From positions 177-64,176 of the forward strand of contig NZ_JARXAB010000172.1 of the NCBI RefSeq assembly GCF_029866045.1: 64,000 nucleotides of DNA, written 5' to 3'. This document shows, piece by piece, positions 1-8,537 of this stretch. The position numbers were made by a program, and so were the translations under genes. Source of the DNA: Ramlibacter sp. (GTDB lineage Bacteria > Pseudomonadota > Gammaproteobacteria > Burkholderiales > Burkholderiaceae_C). The notes beneath the pieces are model-generated. The model saw only the letters and a list, made by a program, of their open reading frames with translations, was not told the DNA's origin and ran no database searches. Position 1 is the stretch's first letter; the number at the start of each line of letters is the position of its first letter.

Positions 1-72
1 ATAGGTAGGCCCCAGCGGGGGCTCAGTCGATGATGAGGACAGAATCATAGATCTGTCGTCGATAGACTCATT

Positions 73-82
73 TTGTCGACAA
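73..82. promoter_or_regulatory. Palindrome TTGTCGACAA, possible transcription-factor operator
   Basis: Perfect 10-bp palindrome in the intergenic DNA at the left edge. An imperfect palindrome (TCTGTCG-T-CGATAGA) lies just upstream at ~52-66. The target gene would be outside the window. Confidence 0.3.
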
Positions 83-188
83 GATAGCCGCACATCAGCT
101 CACCTTTCCGCCGAGTTCCGCGTGCGTACTACACCCTGTGGTTGGCCAGCTCGAAGCGCATCGCGAGCGGTCGCCTGAACGGGCCCCG

Positions 189-1193
189 CTAGCGACTCAT
201 CTTGATGTCTTTGAACACCTGCTCGTAGTGGCGCCGGTCGTCGGCGAGCGATCGGCGGAAGGCCGCCGGGTTTTCGTAGCGGACACCCAAGCCGCTGGCC
301 GCCATCCTGGCCACAAAGTCTGGCGCGTTCAGCGTCTTGTCCAGCGCCTGCTCGAGCCGGCGCACCTCGGCCGGCGGCGTGCCCGCTGGGGCGAAGAGCC
401 CCAGCCAACTGGTGAGCATAAAGCGGGGCATGGTTCTGCGCAGGATGGGCAAGGTACCGAAGGGCGCCTCCGAGCGGCTCTCCGCGGTCGTCGCAAGGGG
501 CATGACCTTGCTATTGCCAAGTTGCGACGAGGCGGAATTGGACATGTCGAACATGATGTCGATGTGCCCCCCCATCAGGTCCTGAAGCGCAGGCGCGTTG
601 CCTTTGTAGGGGACGAAGGTCACAGGCAGCTGGCCGTACTGCATCAGCATCCGGCACGCGATAGAGGGCGCACCGCCACCGCCCCCACAGCTCACGCCGC
701 CTGGCTTGCTGCGGGCCCAGGTGACGAATTCATCCAGGTTGGCAGGTGATCGCCCACCACTCATCAAAAGCACCAAGCTGTACTCGGTGACCTTGGCCAC
801 AGGCTCCAAGGCAGAGAGCGGATCGAAGTCCAGCGAGGTGATGAGGTGGTTGTAGACCACAGTCGGGTTCGCCAGCAAGAGGGTGCTGCCATCGGGCTTG
901 GCCTGGGCCACGAACTGGATGGCAATGTTGGCATCGGCGCCCGGCTTGTTGTCTACCAGCACCCTGTGCCCGAGCTCGGTCGTCAAGCGCTCGGCCAGCA
1001 TGCGTGCGACCCCATCGGCCCCCGCCCCGGGCGGAAAGGGCACCACCAGGGAGAGCGTTCTGCGGGCGGTCGCTGCCGCGGCGGCTGGCTCTTGGGCCTG
1101 TGCGTCCGAGGCCAGAAAAATCCCGGCGCCAGACCCCAGCACGGACAGCACGAACACCGCGTGGGCCGCGAGGCGCTTGCATATACGTTGCAT
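189..1193 (-). CDS. Bug/TctC family tripartite tricarboxylate transporter substrate-binding protein
   Basis: Motifs VVPFPPGAGADGVAR, VDNKPGA, PDGSTLL, VPYKGNAPA and SWLGLFAPAGTP. Start moved to ATG 1193 (MQRICKR..., signal-peptide-like), just after the upstream stop at 1199. Confidence 0.9.
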   Translation of the reverse strand: MQRICKRLAAHAVFVLSVLGSGAGIFLASDAQAQEPAAAAATARRTLSLVVPFPPGAGADGVARMLAERLTTELGHRVLVDNKPGADANIAIQFVAQAKPDGSTLLLANPTVVYNHLITSLDFDPLSALEPVAKVTEYSLVLLMSGGRSPANLDEFVTWARSKPGGVSCGGGGGAPSIACRMLMQYGQLPVTFVPYKGNAPALQDLMGGHIDIMFDMSNSASSQLGNSKVMPLATTAESRSEAPFGTLPILRRTMPRFMLTSWLGLFAPAGTPPAEVRRLEQALDKTLNAPDFVARMAASGLGVRYENPAAFRRSLADDRRHYEQVFKDIKMSR

Positions 1194-1198
1194 GGCGA

Positions 1199-2698
1199 TC
1201 AGCCTTTCTTTCGGAGCGAATGCACCGCCGCGGCTGCATTCATGAGGCCTGGCAATTCGGTGCGCACGAGCTTGCCATTGGGGTTGCGGGGCAAGGCCTC
1301 GCAAAAGAAATAGTCGGCCGGCGTCTTCTCTGCCAGCTTGCGAGATTGGCACAGGGCAAGAAATTGCTCGTGCGTGATCTGTGCGCTCGACTCCGACACG
1401 AGGGCGGCCACCAGCTTCTTGCCCAATTGCGGGTCTGGCACGGTGAACACCGCGCTTTCCTTGATCAGAGGATGGCTGTCGAGGGCGTTCTCCACCTGCT
1501 CGGGGAACATCTTGATCCCGGCAATGTTGATGCGGTCATCAGACCGCCCCTCGATCAGCAGCATGCCCTGGGCCGACAGGCGGCCCAGGTCGCTGGTGTA
1601 GAACCAGCCGCCCTTGAATTTTTGCGTCGAGCGCGCCTCGTCGAGGTGGTAGCCGGCTGGCATCAGCGGCACCTTGACCCGGATCTCGCCAAGCTCACCG
1701 GGCCCGAGCACACGGTCTTGCTCGTCGACAATTTCAATCTGCACGCCCGGCAGGGCGGTGCCACAGTAGCCGGGGTGGTCCTGCAGCATCTGCGCGCTGG
1801 CTACGGTGATCACACCCGTCTCGCTGGTTCCATAAGGCAGCAGGACATGGGGCGTGAGCCGGGTTCGCGCGAGCGCGTGCAGGTGCTCTGACAAGGCGCC
1901 GCCCACGATGCGCAGCTGGCGCAGCGACGGGAAGGCCAATCCCGCAGGCGGTGCTCCCGCTGCCAAAGACTTGATGCCCGAGGGGACCATTGAGGCATGG
2001 GTCACGCCGTAAAGCCGGATCGTTTCTGCAAAGCTGCCCGCAGCGCCCTTGTTCGGAGAGAACACCACCACGCCGCCCGCCAGCATGGCGGCAAAGGCCA
2101 GGATGTTGCCCAGCGTGAGGTGCAGGCTGCCCACCAGCAAGCGGGTGGCAGGGTCGAAACCGACCGCTGTGCGCTCCAGGCGACTGAGCCAGTTCGCGTG
2201 GGTGTACGCGACCGAGCTGGGTTCGCCCGTGGTGCCGGAGGTCAAGGAAATGCGACCCAGGCTCGAGGGGTCGGGCTGGCTCGGCAGCGGCTTGTCGGCG
2301 AAGCCGGCCTGACCGGCGGCCAGTACCTGGTCGACCTGGAGAAAGGTCATGCCGGCATTGGGCGGAACGCGCGCCGGCAAGACCTGCACCAGCACATGGC
2401 GTGCGCCATAGCGGCTGATCAGGCGGCGGCGGGCCATGGGCGCAGAGCGAGGATGCAGGGGCAGCGAGGCCGCGCCCAAACGCGTGATCGCCAACAGGCT
2501 CATCAAATGCAGCGGGGTATTGGCCAGTCCAACGCCCACCACGTCACCGGCCTTGATGCCCTGGGCGGCCAGGCCAGCTGCGAGTCCGTCGACCTGGGCC
2601 TGGAAGGTGCGGCGCGTGAGCAGCTTGCCCTCGAAAATGATCGCGGAGGCGTTGGGGTCTGCGGCTACCAGCGCTTCGAATTTTTGATTCAGGTTCAT
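1199..2698 (-). CDS. Class I adenylate-forming enzyme (acyl-CoA synthetase/AMP-ligase family)
   Basis: Motifs TSGTTGEP, YGTSE, FYTSDLG, EGRSDDRINIAG and LPRNPNGK. Overlaps the sulfotransferase stop by 4 bp. Confidence 0.88.
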   Translation of the reverse strand: MNLNQKFEALVAADPNASAIIFEGKLLTRRTFQAQVDGLAAGLAAQGIKAGDVVGVGLANTPLHLMSLLAITRLGAASLPLHPRSAPMARRRLISRYGARHVLVQVLPARVPPNAGMTFLQVDQVLAAGQAGFADKPLPSQPDPSSLGRISLTSGTTGEPSSVAYTHANWLSRLERTAVGFDPATRLLVGSLHLTLGNILAFAAMLAGGVVVFSPNKGAAGSFAETIRLYGVTHASMVPSGIKSLAAGAPPAGLAFPSLRQLRIVGGALSEHLHALARTRLTPHVLLPYGTSETGVITVASAQMLQDHPGYCGTALPGVQIEIVDEQDRVLGPGELGEIRVKVPLMPAGYHLDEARSTQKFKGGWFYTSDLGRLSAQGMLLIEGRSDDRINIAGIKMFPEQVENALDSHPLIKESAVFTVPDPQLGKKLVAALVSESSAQITHEQFLALCQSRKLAEKTPADYFFCEALPRNPNGKLVRTELPGLMNAAAAVHSLRKKG

Positions 2699-5244
2699 GC
2701 CGCAGACCCTTCGGTCCCGGCTGCCGCAGCAGCAGGCGGCGCCAGCATGGCCTTGGCCTTTTCGAGGTTCTCGCGCCAGGTGGGTTGCTGCCCGCCCATC
2801 TGGAGGGAGCGCTCCATGGCCTCGACCGCGTCTTTGTAGCGCTTCTGCGAATACAGGGCGGCACCACGGAAATGGTGGGCGGCCGCATGGCCGGGCCGGG
2901 CGGCAATGAGTTGCTCGAAACAGGCCTGGGCCTCAGCCGGCTTGCCTTCCTGGAGCAGGGCGATGCCCCTGGGGAACAGGCCTGCCTCCAACTTGGGCAG
3001 CGGCAAGGACACCGGCTGGGGCGGGGTTTCCGCGAGCGCCAGGTTCAGTGGCTCCAGGTGGGACTCGTAGCGTTTCCACTTGGCCTTCGAGGTGGTGTAG
3101 ACCGGCTGGCGAACCTGCCAGACGCTGGCAGTCCGCACCGAGCGGTCGAGCTCTTGGAAATTGAGCACGCCCTCCTCCCACGGCAGGTCGAGGTAGCCAA
3201 TGATCTTGCGCGCCCAGCCCTCCACGTCCTCCACCAGGCTGTCGTAGTCCACCTCGAGGATCTGGTCTGGGAACACCGCATGCCAGTGGCGCATCAGGCG
3301 CTCGTGGTCCACCAGTTGCTCGCCGATCCAAGACAGGTCGTAGGCAAAGCCCATGCCGCCAAACTTGGCTGCGTAGTCGATGAAGAAGTTCGACATCGCC
3401 ACGTCGCGCGAATCGCGCTTCATGTGCAGGATCTTGGCGCTCGGAAAAACCAGCTTGATGAGGCCGATGTGCTCGAAGTTATGCGGCAACTTGTCAACGA
3501 TGCGCTGGGCCTGCGGGTTATGCGAGCGCAATTCCTCCAGGTGCTTTTCGGCGAAGCGCCGTGATTCCTCCTGGCTCATGTCGTCCACGCACTCGGGGTA
3601 CTCCCGCCGCGTCCCCAGGCGGCGCTCCCAGGCACTGAGCTTCTGGATCAAGTCTGGCACCAGCGAGAGCTCGCCCGCACCATGCACCTGGCTGTGACTG
3701 CCCAGAATCTGCTCCACCAAGGTGGTGCCCGAGCGCGGCATGCCCAACACGAACACCGGCACCTGGCTCGGGTCGCCCCAGCCGGCGCGGCTCGTCATGA
3801 AGTCTCGGGAGAAACGGGCCATCTCACGCTCGACCCGTTGGCGGTGCACCTCCGGGCGATAGGACAGCAGCGACTTGGAGGCCTGATTGGCATCCTCCGC
3901 GAACTTCCAGGCCTTGTCGTAGTCCTTCTTCTTTTCGCTCGCCGAGGCCAGACCGAACAGCAGATGCGTCTGCACAGGCCCCTGCAAGTTGGGCTGGTAG
4001 GCCGCTCGCTCCATCTGGTCCAGAACGGCCGGATCGTCCGGCACCTCGCGTGCTTGAATGAGTTGGTTCCAGCCCTGCACCGGCGCGATCTCGCGCACTT
4101 TTTCATAGCAGCTGATGGCCTCGTCAACCCGGCCGCGCTGCATCAGCAACTGGCCCAGGCCGCTGAGGGCCGGCACACAGCGTGGCGCCACTTCGATGGC
4201 CTGGCGGTAGCTGGCCTCGGCCTCGGCGTGAAGGTCTTCCTCCACTTGCACCTGGGCATGGGCGGCCAGCGCCAGAGCGCGTGGCATGCCCTCCAGGGTG
4301 GCGGTCAGCGCCAGGGCCTTGTCGGCCGCTTCGCGCGCAGGCGCGGCGCCGAGGCGGCGGCCTGCCATCATGGCCCGGCGCCGCCATAGGGCATGCGACT
4401 CCGGACGTAGCTTGAGCGCACGCTCCAGGAAGAAATCCGCCTCGCCAAAGCGCCCACGCACCGAGGCAAGCTCGGCCGCCATTTCCAGCAAGGCCACGTT
4501 CTCCGGCTCACGATCGATCGCTTCACGCAAGGCGTGCCAAGCCTGGTCATGGTCGCCCTGGGCGGCGAGTTTGCTCACCAGGTTCTCCACCGCGCCGCGT
4601 TGGCCGGCGTTCACCGCTTGGCGCAACAGCGCCACCGCCTCCTCCTTGCGCCCCAGACGCTCCAGCACGTCGGCACGCAAAGCGGCGTAAATCTCGGGCT
4701 CCTTGTCTTCCAGCGGCGCCGCCTGGTCCAAGGCCTCCAGCGCCTGCTCAAACTGACCCTGCACCTGGTGCGCGCGGGCGAGGTTGAGCCAGGCCCCACC
4801 GGACTTGGGCATCAACTCCACCGACCGCGCCAGATAGGGCTCGGCCTCCTCCACCCGGCCAGCGGCCAGCAGACATGCGCCCAGGCGGGCCAGCGCCAGC
4901 GGGTGGTCTCCGTTTTTGTCCAGGGCGGCCTTCAGGTAGCGGATCCCCTGCCCCAATTCGCCCATGCGAAACCAGGCGCTGCCGGTGGTGATCATCAGAT
5001 CGATCGGCCCCATCTGCCCAGGAGCCGGAAGGCTCTCCAGCAGGGGGCGGGCATCGTCTGCGCGTCCCTGCAGGGCCATGGCCAGGCCCATCAGGGCCTT
5101 GGAGGGCTGCTGGGCGGCGGGGACCTGGATCAGGCGCTCCAGCAGGGGGAGCGCCTTGTCGATCTGGTCGGACTGAACCATCTGGCTGATCGCCATCAAT
5201 TGCTGGTCCAGCGACATGGGCTTGCCCGAGAGTTTCTGGTTCAT
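2695..5244 (-). CDS. TPR-repeat PAPS-dependent sulfotransferase
   Basis: Long N-terminal TPR-like helical array. Catalytic domain has the 5'-PSB motif FVLGMPRSGTTLVEQILGSH, VDKLPHNF, the 3'-PB-like KRDSRDVAMS and TASVWQVRQP. Extra TPRs at the C-terminus. Confidence 0.93.
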   Translation of the reverse strand: MNQKLSGKPMSLDQQLMAISQMVQSDQIDKALPLLERLIQVPAAQQPSKALMGLAMALQGRADDARPLLESLPAPGQMGPIDLMITTGSAWFRMGELGQGIRYLKAALDKNGDHPLALARLGACLLAAGRVEEAEPYLARSVELMPKSGGAWLNLARAHQVQGQFEQALEALDQAAPLEDKEPEIYAALRADVLERLGRKEEAVALLRQAVNAGQRGAVENLVSKLAAQGDHDQAWHALREAIDREPENVALLEMAAELASVRGRFGEADFFLERALKLRPESHALWRRRAMMAGRRLGAAPAREAADKALALTATLEGMPRALALAAHAQVQVEEDLHAEAEASYRQAIEVAPRCVPALSGLGQLLMQRGRVDEAISCYEKVREIAPVQGWNQLIQAREVPDDPAVLDQMERAAYQPNLQGPVQTHLLFGLASASEKKKDYDKAWKFAEDANQASKSLLSYRPEVHRQRVEREMARFSRDFMTSRAGWGDPSQVPVFVLGMPRSGTTLVEQILGSHSQVHGAGELSLVPDLIQKLSAWERRLGTRREYPECVDDMSQEESRRFAEKHLEELRSHNPQAQRIVDKLPHNFEHIGLIKLVFPSAKILHMKRDSRDVAMSNFFIDYAAKFGGMGFAYDLSWIGEQLVDHERLMRHWHAVFPDQILEVDYDSLVEDVEGWARKIIGYLDLPWEEGVLNFQELDRSVRTASVWQVRQPVYTTSKAKWKRYESHLEPLNLALAETPPQPVSLPLPKLEAGLFPRGIALLQEGKPAEAQACFEQLIAARPGHAAAHHFRGAALYSQKRYKDAVEAMERSLQMGGQQPTWRENLEKAKAMLAPPAAAAAGTEGSAA

Positions 5245-5275
5245 CGCGAAAAAGGAAGGAACGACAGTGAAGGGG

Positions 5276-6610
5276 TCACCGCTCGGAGAGCGGGTGAATC
5301 TGATTGCCAGTCAAAGGCTCGAGCAAGAGGGCCATCACCGAGCGCTGGCCGGTCAGGATGGCGGCCGTCACCTGCACACCGGGCCGCATCTCATAGACCT
5401 CGGTGCCGCGCTTGAAGTAGGGCACCTCGGGCGCGAGCCGGACCACGTAGTAGGTGGCGCCCGATTTCTCGTCGGCCGCCGCGTCTGGGCTGATGTGGAC
5501 CACCTTGGCCTGCACCGTGGAAAAGCCGCTGCCGCCGGAGGTGATCGACAGCCTGGCCGGCGCGCCCATGCCCACATAGCCAACCTCCGAGATCGGCAGC
5601 TTGGCCTCGATCAGAAAGGTGTCGCCCAAGGGCACCAGCGTGGCCAGGGTGCCCCCCGGCGAGACCACCGCGCCCTTGTTCTTGAAGAAGATGGTCATCA
5701 CGTTGCCATCCACCGGGCTACGCACCACCGTGCGGTCCTGTGAGTCGGCTGGCTTCTTGCTGCGCTCACGCAGGGAGGTGAGTTCGAGGTTGGTGTCTTG
5801 CAGCTCTTTGCGCAGGTTCACATCCTCTTCGTACTTGAAGGCAGCGAGGGCCGAGTTCGCCTCGTCGAGCGCGGTCATCGCGCGCTTCTCGCTCGCGACC
5901 GTCGAGTTCAGGTCCGCATCGATCTGCGCCTGCTCTTTCTTGAGCGTCAAATGCTCGTATTCATTGGTCAGGCTGCGTTTGAGCATCTCCTCGCTGATCT
6001 TGACCTGCTGGGCCACCATCTTGCTGCGGTTACGCAGACCGGCGAGGCGCTCGCGCGCCTCCTGAATCTCCGCCTGGCGCTGGGCGATCTTGGAGGCGTT
6101 GGTCTGCAAGATGGCGTTGTAGCGGTCGCGGTAGGAAGCGAAGGACGAGCGGGCATCCTTAGCGATCTCCGGGTAGCCGCGCTCGAGATTGGCCGGCAGC
6201 TGCAGGGCGGGGGCACGGGCCAGGGAAGCACTGATGCGCAGGGCCTTGGCCTCCATGCTGGCGGTGCGTCCGCTGAAGTCGGACACATCCGAGTTGGCCG
6301 CGACGGCCTCAAGCTCGGCGATGACCTGCCCGGCCTTGACCTGCTGACCTTCGGACACATTGATGGTCCGGATGATGCCGCCCTCCAGGTGCTGAATCTT
6401 CTTGAGCTGGCCCGAGGGAATCACCTGGCCCTGGGCGTAGCTGGCCACGTCCAGGGGAAAGACCGACGCCCACACCAAGAACACCACCACCGTGAGGGAA
6501 ATCCACCAGAGGAGCGGGTTCGGGCCGAAGAAGCGCCCCAGCGCGGCGAAAGGCCGGCCCAGCCCGCTCGGGACCGCCCGGGGCTCCACTTCTTGCGGTT
6601 GCGTGCTCAT
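5276..6610 (-). CDS. HlyD-family type I secretion periplasmic adaptor
   Basis: One N-terminal TM segment, GQVIPSG..IQHLEGGII, long coiled coil, VRSPVDG, VVHISPDA and MRPGVQVTAAILTGQRS. Confidence 0.95.
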   Translation of the reverse strand: MSTQPQEVEPRAVPSGLGRPFAALGRFFGPNPLLWWISLTVVVFLVWASVFPLDVASYAQGQVIPSGQLKKIQHLEGGIIRTINVSEGQQVKAGQVIAELEAVAANSDVSDFSGRTASMEAKALRISASLARAPALQLPANLERGYPEIAKDARSSFASYRDRYNAILQTNASKIAQRQAEIQEARERLAGLRNRSKMVAQQVKISEEMLKRSLTNEYEHLTLKKEQAQIDADLNSTVASEKRAMTALDEANSALAAFKYEEDVNLRKELQDTNLELTSLRERSKKPADSQDRTVVRSPVDGNVMTIFFKNKGAVVSPGGTLATLVPLGDTFLIEAKLPISEVGYVGMGAPARLSITSGGSGFSTVQAKVVHISPDAAADEKSGATYYVVRLAPEVPYFKRGTEVYEMRPGVQVTAAILTGQRSVMALLLEPLTGNQIHPLSER

Positions 6611-8283
6611 GCCTGACCTCCGGCTACCGCCGGCGTGCGGGGGGGGCGAACCACCGCAGGCACCGGCTTCTTGGACATGTCCACCACCACGTCGGCTGCC
6701 TTGATGATGAAGCCTTCATTGCTGGCGACGACCAGCGTCTTGCCAGCCTTCAGCAGCTGATTGAGCAGTTTGGCCACCGCCGCCTGGCCGGCCGTATCGA
6801 GGCCTTCGGTCGGGTCATCCATGAACACGACCTTGGGGTCGCCCAGCACCGCCCGCAGCAAAATGAAACGCCGACGCAGGCCCATGGCCATCGTCGATTC
6901 ACTGCTGGACATCACCCGGTCCAGCCCCTTGGGGTCGCTGGCCAGGAAACTGTCGAGGCCCAACTCGCGGATCGCCTCGATCAGCTCGGCGTCATCGATG
7001 TCGCGGTCCAGCAGCAGGTTCTCGCGCAGGGTGCCGTCGAAGAACACCGCCTCTTGGGGTGCGTAGCCGATGCGCGCACGCCACCAATCTGGCGCCAACT
7101 GGCGTAGCTCGATCGCATCGGCGCGCACCAGGCCGCGGCGAGGCGAGAGCAGGCCCAGCATCATCTTGACCAGCGTGGACTTGCCCGAGCCGTTGGGGCC
7201 GGTGATCGCCAGCACTTCGCCAGGGGCCAGGTTGACATTGAGCTGCTCGAACAGCGGGACGGGCTGCTCGGCGTACGAGAAGGCCACGTCCATCAGCTCG
7301 AGCTGCCCGCCGAGCTGGCGGGGCTCGGCGCCCCCACTCTCCTCGGCCGGCAAGGCCTCGATCTGTGCGAGGGCGGCCTGGGCGCGCTCGGCGCGCAAAA
7401 TCGGGTCAGCCAGGTAGGCGGCGCGGCTGCACACGGCGAACGCGCGGCTCACGAGAATGTTGGCGCCAATCAGGGCGCCGGTGGTGATGATCCCCTGCAC
7501 CGCCAACACCGCGCCGACGGCGTAGACAAACACCGTGAGCAATTGCCCCACGCCAGCGATGGACGTCTGCAGGCTCGACTGGATGTTCATCCCGTCGCGG
7601 CGTGTGCCCAGGCTGGCCTGCTGGATCTCACGCCAGCGCCGCTCCAGCGGCCGGGCCAGGGGCAGCGCCCGCAGCGCCTCGCCGGCGGACAGCAGAAATT
7701 GTCCGAGCTGCTGCGCGCGCGAGTTGGCCTTGGCATGCTCGTCTGCCGACACCCGTTGCCCTCGCTCGCCCCGAATGCCCATCCAGAGGGTGATCATGCA
7801 ACCCAGTGCGGCGATCACGCCGAAGGGCCAGTACAAAAGCGTCGCGGCAACCAGAAAGATAAAGACGAAGGGCAGGTCCAGGATGGAGCCGAGGTTGATG
7901 CTGCTGGAAAGTTGCTGCATGACCGCGGGCGCGCCCAAGGCCTCACGCCGCAAGGGAAGCGGGGTCTGTGCCATGGCCTCGTAGCGGCTGGTGCTGAAGG
8001 CCCGGTAGACGCGGTCGCTGGCCGACTGGTCCCACTCGTCGGCAATGCCACTGAGCACCCGCTGGCGAACCCGGCGCAGTGTCAACTCAAGGGCAATGGC
8101 CACCAGCACGCCAACTGTCAAAGTGACCAGGGTCGGGGTGAGCCCGATGGTCACATAGCGATTGAGCAGGTGAATGCTGTAGAAGGACGACCCCAGAGCC
8201 AGCACATTGATGGCCAATGTCGACACCATGAGATCTGCAGCACGGGGGTGGGTCCGCAATTGGCTGATCAACTGCTTCAGCAT
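6607..8283 (-). CDS. Type I secretion ABC transporter (permease plus degenerate ATPase; no C39-like N-terminal domain)
   Basis: Transmembrane domain with INVLAL, LDLPF and GALIGANIL motifs. Walker A GPNGSGKST and Q-loop GYAPQE are present. Overlaps the hlyD-like gene by 4 bp. Confidence 0.92.
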   Translation of the reverse strand: MLKQLISQLRTHPRAADLMVSTLAINVLALGSSFYSIHLLNRYVTIGLTPTLVTLTVGVLVAIALELTLRRVRQRVLSGIADEWDQSASDRVYRAFSTSRYEAMAQTPLPLRREALGAPAVMQQLSSSINLGSILDLPFVFIFLVAATLLYWPFGVIAALGCMITLWMGIRGERGQRVSADEHAKANSRAQQLGQFLLSAGEALRALPLARPLERRWREIQQASLGTRRDGMNIQSSLQTSIAGVGQLLTVFVYAVGAVLAVQGIITTGALIGANILVSRAFAVCSRAAYLADPILRAERAQAALAQIEALPAEESGGAEPRQLGGQLELMDVAFSYAEQPVPLFEQLNVNLAPGEVLAITGPNGSGKSTLVKMMLGLLSPRRGLVRADAIELRQLAPDWWRARIGYAPQEAVFFDGTLRENLLLDRDIDDAELIEAIRELGLDSFLASDPKGLDRVMSSSESTMAMGLRRRFILLRAVLGDPKVVFMDDPTEGLDTAGQAAVAKLLNQLLKAGKTLVVASNEGFIIKAADVVVDMSKKPVPAVVRPPRTPAVAGGQA

Positions 8284-8437
8284 GGCGGCGTGTTCCTTTG
8301 ATTCCTCATTCGAAAAAGAGCTCTCACCTGGCGGCCTCGGACATCGGCCAGGGAAAATGAGGCATTACTTATGAATGCTATGTCGCAAGCTCTGCCGAAC
8401 CCAAAAATTCCCAAATCAAATTGGTAACTATTTGTGT

Positions 8438-8457
8438 AATAACTACTTATAGTTATT
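8438..8457. promoter_or_regulatory. Inverted repeat AATAACTA-N4-TAGTTATT in an AT-rich spacer; candidate operator/internal promoter for the ABC-HlyD-sulfotransferase genes
   Basis: Perfect 8-bp arms, plus an extra TAACTA half-site at 8425-8430, in a strongly AT-rich intergenic stretch. Confidence 0.45.
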
Positions 8458-8491
8458 CGGTTCATTTCAATCGGCTCTCCGCCTGAAACCA

Positions 8492-8521
8492 AGAGAGATG
8501 GGCCCGGCGGCCCATCTCTCT
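8492..8521 (-). terminator. Stem-loop just downstream of the giant gene (terminator or mRNA-stabilising hairpin)
   Basis: Perfect 13-bp inverted repeat AGAGAGATGGGCC-cggc-GGCCCATCTCTCT, 16 nt after the stop codon. Only a weak U-tract follows. Confidence 0.65.
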
Positions 8522-8537
8522 ATGGAAGCGAAGCGCT

